Positions 13,707 to 24,958 of a DNA stretch of 64,000 bases are shown here, piece after piece. The stretch's first letter is position 1. Every line of letters starts with the position of its first letter. Location: assembly GCA_020536535.1 (NCBI GenBank), contig JAHLWZ010000798.1, forward strand, positions 84,177-148,176, given 5' to 3'. The notes under the pieces were generated by a model. It was given only the letters and a program-made list of their open reading frames with translations. It was not told where the DNA came from and did no database searches. The DNA comes from Pelomyxa schiedti (lineage: Eukaryota > Protista > Evosea). The position numbers and the translations under genes were made by a program.

Positions 13707-16700
13707 ATGGAGGATCACAGTTCGAAGAACAACAACGGTTCGTCGTTTAATGTGATGAAGGGAACGCAAGCAGGGAACGAGTGTCACGTTGCACCCGGGA
13801 GACGATATAGGGTCAATTTAGCAGGCAAGGGATTGATTAATCCCCCAAATAGCCTGTGGTCTTGTCACCAACCTGTATCTACACTCAACCGTGAGTGCTT
13901 TTTTTTTTTTTTTACTTTTGTTTACTGCCTAAAAAACCCCACTTATGGGGTTTGACTTAGTGTCTGACAACAAGATCAGCTCCCTCAGTGCTAAGATATC
14001 TCTGTTAACATCCTTAACTGACTTGAATTGTACCTTTTAGCTTTACAAGCCCCAAAAACTAATTCACTTTCATGGCTTTAGTATCACGGAACAAGATTGG
14101 TACTGTTCCACCTGAAATTGGATGTCTCAACCAATTAGCCTTCTTATACTGTATGAGGCTTTGATGTCCCTCCTTTGTTGGTAATATGTTGTCAGTGAGT
14201 GAGAACTGTATCACTGCCCTGCCCTGCGAACTATGGAAGCTAAAACGTTTATCTAAACTTGGGTGTAAGTTCCGTTTTCATTATGTGTATGACCCAATCA
14301 ATGGTAGTAAGCGACAATGCACTAGAATCTATTTCACCTCAAATCGGACAACTTACGAATTTAACTGATCTTGGCTGTATTACTTTCTTTCTGCAATTTT
14401 TTCCTCATACTCGTCCCAGTGAGTGGCAACAGATTAACAACAGTGCCTGCACAAATAGGATCACTTTTGAAGCTAGAAAATTTATTTCGTTTGTACAAAA
14501 ATTAATTTCCGAGGTTTTTTCACTCCCGCTAGTATGGGGGAACAAACTGACAGGAATTCCTCCAGAAATTGGCAATCTCACACATCTATCAAAATTTTAT
14601 AGTTTGTTGCACCTTACTCTCTCGTTACCTTTAACTTTATTAAATAGTAAGTAGGAATGAGCTGTGTTGTCTTCCACCTGAAATTGGAATGCTAACTGCT
14701 CTCACTAAATTTGATGGTATGTATGATGTCCATCTTCCACCTATGGCTCAAAAATAAACTAGTTGCTGATAATGCACTTCATGCAGTCCCTTCCCAAATT
14801 GGCTTATTGTCCAACTTAGTGAAACTCAGCTGTAAGCAATTTGCCAAGTCTGATATTACACAGTGAAAACCACATTTTTGTGACGTTGTTCCCTTATTAG
14901 TGAGTGGGAATTATTTGACTTCTCTGCCGCTGGAGCTTTGTTCCCTTCCCAGTTTGACTGAGCTATACCGTATGTATCCTCCGGATTTATTGTTTCTTAC
15001 CCAGATATAGTTGGGCGTAACCCTTTAGAAGAGCTTCCGCCTAATATAGACACTCTCCAAAATTTACGCACACTTCATTGTATATCGTCCTTCGTTTTTT
15101 GTCAAACTAGACTTAAACTTAAAAATAGTATGGAGAATTCAGTTAAAAGCGCTGCCTGAAAGATTCTTCAATCTGACGAATCTCAGAGAACTGGGCTGTA
15201 GGTTTAAAACTCTTTTTAAGCAGTTGACCAACAAGAAATTGTAGTGAATGATAACCAAATATCAGTTATACCAAGACAAATAGGGCAATTGCTTCACCTG
15301 TCTGTTTTATATCGTGTGTCATTATTGTCTTTATAAGCGAAATAACTCTCGAAGTCGGTGATAATGAATTACTATCTCTTCCAAGTGAGATAGGATCTCT
15401 TCCTCAGCTATCTGCCCTTGATGGTTTATCTTTCTCTAAACGTCTGTAAATTTCTAATTCATTGCTAGTAAGTGGGAATAAATTGACGGAGATTCCGCCT
15501 GATATAAAAAATCTCGCTTCACTTACCAAACTCAATTGTATTTTACTCTCTCCAGTCATTTACTCATTTCAGGTAGGTAGCCGCAATCTTCTGACCTCTC
15601 TTCCACCAGAGATAGGGCAACTTACGTACTTGTCTGAGCTGGATGGTATTACAACCTCCCTCATTGAGATATCGGTACACTTACAGTAACAGTCAGTGAG
15701 AATAACCTTTGCTGTTTACCCGAGAGTCTCTCCAATTTAAAGTTGGCACTAATTGAAGGTGACATTTCCCTCTACCCGACTACTTACGAAACGTACCACA
15801 AAAGTTTCAGGGAATCCTTTCTTCCAGGCTGTTGATAGTACAACGTCCTCTTTACATAAGGAAGCGGACGAACTTGCTGAGCGGCAAGCTGAGGAGACAA
15901 GATTGTACCCAGCAAAACCGCAAGAACTCGAAAAAAGACACTTGGAGAACGACTCCTCCTCCGCAATCTCTATGCCCCAAGTCCCTACTGATCAGCCTAC
16001 GGTTCCACCAAATGAACCTCTCAGCAACAACTCACCTCCACATGCAGAAAGCGCTTTTTCCGAGCAATCTCCCACAATACAAACAAGTTCAAGAAACACC
16101 ACTGCCGATCAAAGCAAAACAACAGCTACACCTCTGCATTCTAAGCCTGAAGAGCGATTCTCAACGCCACCTAGGAAAACGAACAAAGAGTTTAGTGCCC
16201 ATTTCTCCCAACCACACAACATTCATAGTAGCCATGTCATTTCCTCCTTCAGGACGCCTCACCCACCTAGACCACACTGTTCTCCATCACTGTTCAAGTT
16301 AGCACCCCCATTTCAGTCATCACCTCCGCCTCCACGTGTAAAACAGTGCTATACACAGCATACCTTACAAACAGAAAGTTATCCGGAGCACTCTTTTCTG
16401 CAATCTGAGGTTTCTGACATCCCGCATTCCGCGCTTCTGTGCACCCCACTAGCAACCGCAAATTTGCCTGCATCCGAAACACCTCAAAGACCATGCACAC
16501 CACCCCCTATTGTACCGCCACAGCCTTTGCACACAACCACCCGGAGACACACACCACACAAACCCAGTGGAACACCAAACAGCCTCCCTTCACCACCCCC
16601 ATCTCCACCCCTGTTCTACGACGAACAACTGGCATTCCGCCAAAGCAAATTTGAGGAAACAAATTCCAGCCAGTCACAGGAGTTTGTGGGCATCAATGCA

Positions 16701-16874
16701 ACGCCTGTTGAATGTGAAGAAATACTGCCGGAAGAAGTACCTCTTCTCAGTCTTTCGAACCCTTCTGGACACCAGTGCCTTGAGGACCCACACACAATTT
16801 TGTGGTATGCTATCGGGTTGAGTGCAATTGCTGCTGCTTCCATTATTTGTTTTTTCTTTCTGTTGTTCCACTAA
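13707..16874 (+). CDS. Leucine-rich-repeat protein (about 16 23-residue LRRs) with Pro/Ser-rich stalk and C-terminal transmembrane tail anchor
   Basis: Fifteen consecutive 69-nt exons (first two at 13961-14029 and 14082-14150) plus a 66-nt exon (15693-15758), each encoding LxxNxLxxLPxEIGxLxxLxxL. The last exon ends ILWYAIGLSAIAAASIICFFFLLFH-stop. Confidence 0.93.
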
Positions 16875-16982
16875 AACAAAAAAAACCTATTGAGCAATAA
16901 ATAGTAGACACTATTTTTATTCACGTGTCTCCACACGAGACTGTGATCAATGTACATTATGTGGTGCAGGGAGCTAATTTCT

Positions 16983-17923
16983 TCAGGGATGTTCCAATGG
17001 AGACTGTAGAAATAGAGTTTCGTTCAGAAGTTCCACTGTAGATAGTACATTCCAGCCACCGATTGGCCACATTCTCGCCACAGCTCTGACCGGCTGGTGC
17101 AGGGGCAGTCGTGATAAAACCGGGCCTGTTTTGACTGTTAATATGGGATTGTGGGTAGGTTGTACTCGGAAAACAAACCTAAAGCTGTGTGGGTTTCTTC
17201 GTTCATCCACAGCACCAGCACAGTGGCCTCTCCCACAATTTTCTCCATCACGGCTTCGTCAAATACATCCGCCTGGTGCAGTACAACCCAAGCCTTGCCG
17301 CCGCTGCATTTTTCCGATTCCAGAGCCAGCTCCGACCCCAGATCCAAGCACGGGACCGGCAATCCGTCGTCCAGACTGGCGTACAGCTCCCCAGCCCCAG
17401 GCCCATCCACCACGGCAAGGTCGTCGTCGCCGCCACCCCAGTCGGCGCAGTCGCTGGCCAGTCGCTCGTGGGTCCGCGCTTGGTCATCGTGGCGACGCTG
17501 CCACCGCACGACAGAGACCCGCCCCACGCCCGGGTGCGGCAGCAGGGCCTCCTGGGCCCTCGCCACCAGCCCCCCCTCGACTTCCACCCCCACCACGAGG
17601 GCACAGCGCTGCGGTGGGCAAGAGGCGGGGGAGGAGGAGCCGGAAGCACACGCGGGCACGGGGGCGAGGGAGGACGCAATCTCGGCCGCGGCCAGCAGGA
17701 TGGCGCCGTCGCCGCACCCGAGGTCCGCAACGACGTCGCGGGGGCCCAGGGCGGCCAGGCCCACCATTGCGTCGACCACGGGGCGGGGCGTTGGCTCGAA
17801 GCAGGCGCGGGCCGCGGGCCGCCGGGGCAGCTTGCACTCCCCTCCCTCGTGCCCCTGCGGCGCTGCGAGGCTGACCCGCAGGACCAGGAGTAGGAGGACT
17901 ACGAGGGCTTGTTGTTCACGCAT
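16983..17923 (-). CDS. Class I SAM-dependent methyltransferase (FAM173/bacterial PTP-DLGCGDG type) with N-terminal hydrophobic segment; two exons
   Basis: FEPTPRPVVDAMVGLAALGPRDVVADLGCGDGAILLAAA, VVGVEVE, ADVF, ATVLVLWM. One intron joins to VKTGPVLSRLPLHQPVRAVARMWPIGGW. Confidence 0.85.
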
Positions 17924-18101
17924 GTGTTTGTGTTCGCCAAACACACGCACCGTGAGTAAACATCACAAAAAAAAGTGATTGGTATGTTTCGGCGAATGAG
18001 CCGGAGGAGGAAGCCTCTCTACGGCTTCTTGTTCTTTCTTTTGGTTTTTTTACACATAAAAGAAAGATTCCATTAAGGAATAGGCAAAGTTATATTCATA
18101 G

Positions 18102-19639
18102 TTAGGGGCAAGGGCATGCACACAGGCAGCAGGGAGTACGGTCCCATCCGCAAGCAGCACAAATCCAGCGAGTGAAGCAGCACAGGTTTCTCCACATCCA
18201 CCCTGGGCATTTTGCCTTGCAGCACAGCCTGTTGTGGCCAGAGGAGCACCACATTTCGGACACAGATACTCGGGATCCAGTGCCTTGATACAAGTCAATC
18301 ACTGTGACCTCTGGCCGCATGCAGAATCTCCATGGAATCATGGGCTCCACTCCAATCCCTGGGTTGATGTAAATGAATGAGGACCGGCCGGATACGCGGT
18401 GAAGTCCGCGAGCATATTTCCTGTTGAATCTGGATAAGGCCACAAGAGGTCCAAAAAACGGCACAGCAAACTAGTTCAGTAAATTGGGTACGTTTTAGTG
18501 TATATGCGCCGGTTGAGCTTGTACCTGTCCTCCATGGGTATGACCAGAGAGGAGCAAATCAGCACCAACAATCTCTTCACATAGGTCAGGGGAGTGGTAC
18601 AGGAAAACTCTCCAATCTTCAGCAGGCACAGATTCCAGCAGAGCATTGGCAACGCCTACTGGTTCTGTTTCTTCATCAGAAAAAGGGCACCTGGGAGAAC
18701 GTTTAAAAGCAATATTTACGGGAAGCGTGGCTACCCAACAATGTGCACCGTTTGACCACCAATATCAATTGTTTCACAACTGCCATCCAACCACTGGAAT
18801 CCAGTATCCTTCAGCAGAGGGAGGGTGTGCCAATACCAGGTGTCCCAATTTCCTCGGACTGCGAGTTTACGAGTCGCTTGTATTTTGCTAAGTATCTGAG
18901 AGGGTTTTGAGGAATTCCCACAAGAGAGTTGGAAGGAACATTATGAAGGATTGGAAGAGCTTCGTCTGAGTTCAGCAAATCCCCGAGCAATACCACGACG
19001 TCGGGCCTTTTCGAAGTGTTAAATGTAACAGTTCACTTCCATGCTACTAACTTGCATCCATTGACAGCTGAGACAAGACCTTTCCAAGCCCCAGTGACTA
19101 CTGTGTCGATATGCAAATCGGAAATGACAACAATTCTACCCACAAAATCGAGGTTTCTGGAGCCTTTGGCGGCACGTAGGTGCCTTATACACAGAAATTT
19201 CGGCTCAAACAACCGACTGGCTTGCAACTATTAGTTCAGGAAAAAACCCATTATGAATGCATGCCTGTAAGGAATACAGAGTATCCCGAAAACTACAATT
19301 CCCAGGAGTGTCCAAGTCACATAAGGTTCTTCAATCCAAGAATCCCACTCAATTACGTTCAATTCCTTAAGTAGCTTCCAAACGCCAGCCCATATACACA
19401 ACAAAACTGTTGGAAGCCTTATTATGTACCCAAGCAGCACCCAAAAAAAAACAAAGAATTTGAGCAACTGACTCACTTATTGTTAGGAATATCCAAAAAA
19501 CTATTGCCAGGGGAATTAATTGTGTTCCCCCAAAAGGCAATTTTCCAATATCATAGTGCTTTCTCGACAACCATATTACAAAGAAAATGCCCAACGCCAG
19601 CCACACGACACCAACACACAACGAAAAAATCCACTCCAT
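18102..19639 (-). CDS. Membrane-anchored calcineurin-like metallophosphoesterase, YkuE/TMPPE family, with Cys-rich C-tail
   Basis: N-terminal TM segments, then VVISDLHID, PDVVVLLGDL, VRGNWD, FLYHSPD, LLLSGHTHGGQ and IYINPGIG..P.RF...PEVTVI. Confidence 0.88.
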
Positions 19640-20058
19640 TTTTTCGTATTCTCGGGTTTCAGTATTCGAAACAAGCCAATTCTCACCATGCAAATTGGAA
19701 TTGTTACCTGCTCTCAGAACCCGGTCTGCAACCTACAAAGTGTGCCTCCTTCCTCGCGGAGTTGCAACTCCATGTGGACCTGGAATTCCATCACAACTTA
19801 AAAAACCCCCTCATCAGACACCAGTCTCTTCGTGGAACCGCCAAACAGGCACAGACGCCACACCGTGATGCTGTTCTCTTTGGAGAGATTCCCGGCCAAC
19901 AGTAGGCTAATACTTTTGTTTGTTGTTCTGAGGTGGCGAGACACAGGCGAAACTGAAAAAATTATCTTTTTTTTTTATTTTATACAGGATCACTAAAGGA
20001 CCAGTGCAGCCTGCCATGGGGCGGAGTCATTCGTCCCCTGCACCCACTTTCAGATGTC

Positions 20059-22925
20059 ATGGATCTCCCGCCAACCCAACAAACATCACTATCAAATCAG
20101 AACGCCAGCAGTGCATCCACGACTAGTAGCCGGAGGACCGACACACCGCATGCACAGCTACTGGCTTTGTGCACATCGTGTGGTGCTGCCATTAACCCAT
20201 TTGTTGAATTCGAGTCTTCTCAATGGATTTGCTCTTTGTGCCAGGTACGGCAGACCTTTTGATTGGCTTTATATCACTCTTTTTTTTTTTTTTTTTTACT
20301 GAATGTGTTTCTTTCTATATGGCGGAGATATGAAGAAAATAAATAAAGAAATGAACGCCTTACACACGGATAGCACCACAACACAATAACAGGCAATTCT
20401 CGTTATGCCTCTGTGATGACAAGGGCACGCCTCACGGAACTCACTTCCCCTTTTTTCGATTACAGTGCCGATTTGGAGGTCTCTCCAGAACAATCTACTA
20501 TCCCTGGCTCTGTTCCATTGGGAGACTCCCGAATGGACATTCCCACGTACATAGCATTGGTGGACCTCACAGGTAATTCACAAACTATTTGTTTGATGAA
20601 CGCCCAAAATCCCACAGGAGGGGAATCGTACATTGATTTAGTTATCTCTGGCCTCCTTGCTCTTCTCGAAGGTTCGAAGATCGAAAACTGTAGAAACCAT
20701 TTTCTAACTTGGCAATGATTCAAGGTCTGCCTAAATACGGAAGATTTGGGATTGTAACTGCATCTCAAAACAGCGTTGGTATTTTTGACATCACCAGTCC
20801 ATACCCGCATTATAAGGCCGTAGCGGCTCGGGAAGAAGGTTCAACAACTGTCACATCGCTGATGTTGCACGAAGTTATTCCTTTTTCCAGAATGACCGCC
20901 TCGGTTAGTATCACTTGTAGTTATCTCTTCATTGCATGATTCTCACTCCAGATTGCCTCATATTCTGATCAAATGTCTAATTCCATTGAAAGCTTGCGTT
21001 CCCTTATTTCTTCTACACCCACTTGTGCACCAGCATTTGGGCCTGCCCTAAAGTCACTGATTTCTACTATAAGCCTTCATGGTCCTTGCAGTGGTACACA
21101 TTATTTTTCATTACCAATTTCTTATTGTGCAACTCAGTCAGAGTGCTTACCTTCCTATCGGGACCCCCTTCGTTTGGCGTGGGAGTCCTGAGGCCAGTGC
21201 AGCTGTCCAATGGAAGTGGGCTGGCGCCAACCTGCTCTTTTTATCAGGAGCAAGTTGCTGTCCTTAAATACAAATAAACTCACTGATGAGCCTACCACAG
21301 GCCCGTGAAGCTGCGAAATTTTGTGCTTGCATTGATTTGATCATAGTTTCGGATGGTTTTGTGGGCTTGCCTACACTCAGATTTCTTGCAGAACTCACAG
21401 GTGGGATAATAAGAGTTTATAGCCCTGCATCACCTGAGGGTTCTCTTCCTCATGATTTGTGAGTATAAATCATTTTTATGCTTCCTCTCTTCTTAATATC
21501 TTTCCACAGATACCAGTGGTGCTCACATCAACATTCCTTCCGTGGTGAGATGAAAATTCTCACTTCATCCTCCCTCAAGGTTTGCAAAAGAGTCCAAAAG
21601 TTTACCTAAACAAGAAAAGGTTTTAAATACCACAGGAAGTATTTCACGTGGCAGTTCTGACACGACGTGCTCTATAACAGGAGGTGACCCTTACCAGTGT
21701 ATTACAGTTACCTTTGACTACATATCTTCTTTCATAAGGTATATCCGTTTGGCTGGATAAAGTTATTTTCTAATGATATTCAGTGAGGAAAAGCCTGTTG
21801 TGCAGGTTTTATATACATATTGGTCAACGGGATTTTCTGATGAAGACCCAGCTGGAAGACTTCGTAAGCGGCTCAGGTTAGCTACCCTCCCATTAGGTGA
21901 TTTTTGAATTGCATTAGAGTGTACACACGACGAGTTGACATGTGCACCTCATCACGTGATTTGTATCAGAGCTGCAACCCAGATGTTGTGGTCAATCTTC
22001 TTTCTCATAAGGTAATATCTTACGCCGGCAAGCTTCGCATAATATATTTTTGCTTTCCTTTTTAGATCATGAGAGTTTCTTTGGAACAAGGACTTTCTGA
22101 GGCAAGACTTCTGATACAAGACTTTCTTGTGCTGCTATTTGCAAATTACGTAGAATCCATAACTACCACACAAGGGGCTCAAAGAGCACTTGACCTCTCA
22201 TTTCCACTTTCTCCGTCCCTTAGAGTATCTCACTCACAGTTCTATCCCGATTCAACAATAATACTCCTCTAGACCCTACCGCCTCTTGTTTTTGGCTTAC
22301 TCAAAAGCCCTCTGATGGGCACAGATGCAATCACACCTGACACTTGGATTTATTATCATTCACTTTGCAGGTTTTTTCCCAATCCTCATCGAATGAAAAT
22401 AAGGGATTTTTTAGTTCTTTGCCATCTGAACTATTGCATATACTTTTGTATCCCACTCTTTCTGTATTTGACGCCCAAGGTGCCCTTATTTCATCAAGTG
22501 TGTCACTTTCATGTTCTTCACTCGACATCAACGAACCGTATGTAATTGCAATCTAGAGCGCATGCAAAGAAAGGCTAACCTACAAGTTGTAGGCAAGTGT
22601 TTGTATTGGATGCCTTGACAAAGGCCTTTGTCATTTCGGTTGGTGATGTTTGCTGCATGGGAACCAACGGAACAGCTCTCGCAGATGCGGTCGCATCACT
22701 GGTGCATAATAGACCTTGTGTTACCAGTGTAATAACATTTCAACGACCCACTTCTGATAGCAGCACTTTCCTCCCAATTCTCGAGTGTGCCTTACGAAAT
22801 TACCACTCCACCTTTAACCCTTTGGCTACAGGTACCTCATTGAGGACGAAAATTCCCGCGGAATGAGCTATCAGCAGTTCACATCATTCATTGGAACGGA
22901 GGTAATAAAAGTAACCCACCACTAG
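20059..22925 (+). CDS. Divergent Sec23/Sec24-family protein (Zn finger, trunk/vWA, beta-barrel, helical and gelsolin-like regions); multi-exon
   Basis: Zn finger CTSCGAAINPFVEFESSQWICSLC, trunk motifs YIALVDLTG and FLSGPPSFGVG, LAELTGG, terminal LIEDENSRGMSYQQF. The 3' end is approximate. Confidence 0.8.
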
Positions 22926-22986
22926 AAAGAATAAAAATTAGCTATCAAGACCACTACTGGTTCTTGTCTCCTTCACTGTTGATGTT

Positions 22987-23709
22987 TTATTTTGGAAAAC
23001 AGGTGACTGGAATGGTGACTTCCCTGGCAGTAAAGCAACGAAGTTCTCCATTGCAGTGTGCACCAGAAGGCAAAGAACAAAACACAAGTGCCCTTGTCAT
23101 TCGAAGCAGGGTACAGCCACACAATCAGTTGTCATTGAGTCCTCACAAGTTGGAGTACTTGGTGTGGGGCCCAGGGGCAAGGTTGTGCGTGCACTTTGAA
23201 GGCGCGACTTGCTCGGGCACGCTGCCCAGTCTCCACACCAGCGGGATTTCAACCGGCACACGAGCAGGGGAGGACGCAGAGGACGATGTGGAGGACGTCG
23301 GCGGGGGCCGGGAGGCCGACGGACGCTCCTCGTAGAGTTTGTATCGTGTGGTGCTCTGTGCCTGCGGGTACGCAGGGGAGGCTCGATAGGAGGTGGTGGT
23401 GGGAGTTGTTGTTGAGGATGTTGGTGGTGGTGGCGGCATCGGGGACCACGGTGGTTGTGCTACGCGAGATGGGGATGGGGTGGGCAGGAGTGGGGGTTGC
23501 TGCTGGCGCTGCTGGGGCTGTTGGTAGTTGTCTGCGGTCCACGTGCGCTGGACGTTGTGGGAGACGGGACGGTATCCTGGGTAGTAGCCCGATCGTTGTT
23601 GCATTGCGTACCCTACTGGCCACCCTCCGCCGTACGGTCCATACCCCGTCGCCATTGACAACGTATAGATCTCTTGCAGAGCCTGCCGAAGTAGTTGATT
23701 GGTGTCCAT
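22987..23709 (-). CDS. Hypothetical Pro/Gln/Thr-rich protein; probably two exons
   Basis: 188-aa ORF from ATG 23709. A GT-AG intron extends it to a stop at 22987. No family recognised. Confidence 0.45.
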
Positions 23710-23841
23710 TCATCAGGGGATTGGGACGTAAGCTAGTACATGTCAACAACAGCCGCTCTAGGAGGAAGATGGAACCTGTTCACTGGTTTCAGTTGATCAA
23801 AGGAAGCTGCAACGAAACTGGCTTTTTTTTTGATTTAGAAG

Positions 23842-24814
23842 ATGACGGGAGAGGTGTGCGTGGTGTTGTGTAGTCCACGTGCATTCGCTGCTGGTGTGTT
23901 CATTGCTTGTAGTGACGTTGACACCTACGGCATTGGTGACGATGGCGAAGAGGAGCAACATTACCCAGTGGACGAATCGCACGGGAATTATGGGTCTTGC
24001 TGCACTGGTGCCAGTTGGGCACCTTCACAACAACAACATCATCATCATCAACAGCAGCACGAAAGCACCAGGCCGAAAAGGGCGAAAACTTCGACGCCTG
24101 TGATGTGCAGAGTGCTGAGAATAGAATCGAAAAAAACCGCAACGGTGCCGACGTTTACGAGGCTGGCAAACGCCCAACAGGTTTGTGAGATATTGGTTGC
24201 TTTGCGTGAAAATATTTGTATTGCTCTATTTCCATTGTTTGGTGCTGATGCTGATGTGTTAAGTGTTGTAGTGTCAATGTATAGTTTGGGGGCTTTGGCT
24301 ATTTGTGTGGGGCAGAAGTGACAGTGGCAAGGGTTTAGTGTTACTATATAGTTGTATGCAGGGATTGAGGAGTGGTTGATGGACCCAGATTGGTCAACGG
24401 TGATCCGTTCTTGCAAATATGTCTTTGTGGACTTCCACTCTGACACTCTGGTGGAATTACTCCAGCTGCACACCGACACAATTCCCTCGACACCTACAAT
24501 GACTCCGGACACACCGGTTATGACATACAGAACAAGGAGAAAAAACAACAGGGCAAAAATGGAGAGGAGAACGATTCGTCAGGCAGCTTTAGCTACAGTT
24601 CAAAACACAATTGGTGTGTAGTACAAGACAAACACAATGCCACCTCCAAACAACCAATGGATCACCCTCTGTTGCAGGAAGTCATCCAACAACCAATCTC
24701 GCCAGTGAACTCTCTGAAAAAGTACAACCTTTGCCGTTTGAAACAAGGAAGCCATCCAAGAAGGAGCTTTGTCGTGTATTTGCCCTCCTGTTGCAGAGCG
24801 GTATAATTACCTGA
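23842..24814 (+). CDS. Hypothetical protein; probably three exons
   Basis: ORFs 23842-24321, 24352-24621 and 24611-24814 can be joined at plausible GT/AG sites. No family recognised. Confidence 0.4.
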
Positions 24815-24958
24815 AGCAAACAAGTGGAACTTGTCAAACTACCTGGAAAAATACCGAAAACTATTCGGTCTGTCACGTACCTCTTCGACTTCCTTTTCCC
24901 GTAAAAGTTTTAAAAAGAAATCCAAATCGTAAAGCGCACACCCACCAGCGAAAAAAAA

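Noticed and set aside
17150-17950. Bacterial contamination or insertion suggested by abrupt GC-rich segments
   Set aside because: The GC-rich segments splice or read directly in frame into AT-richer intron-containing exons of the same genes.
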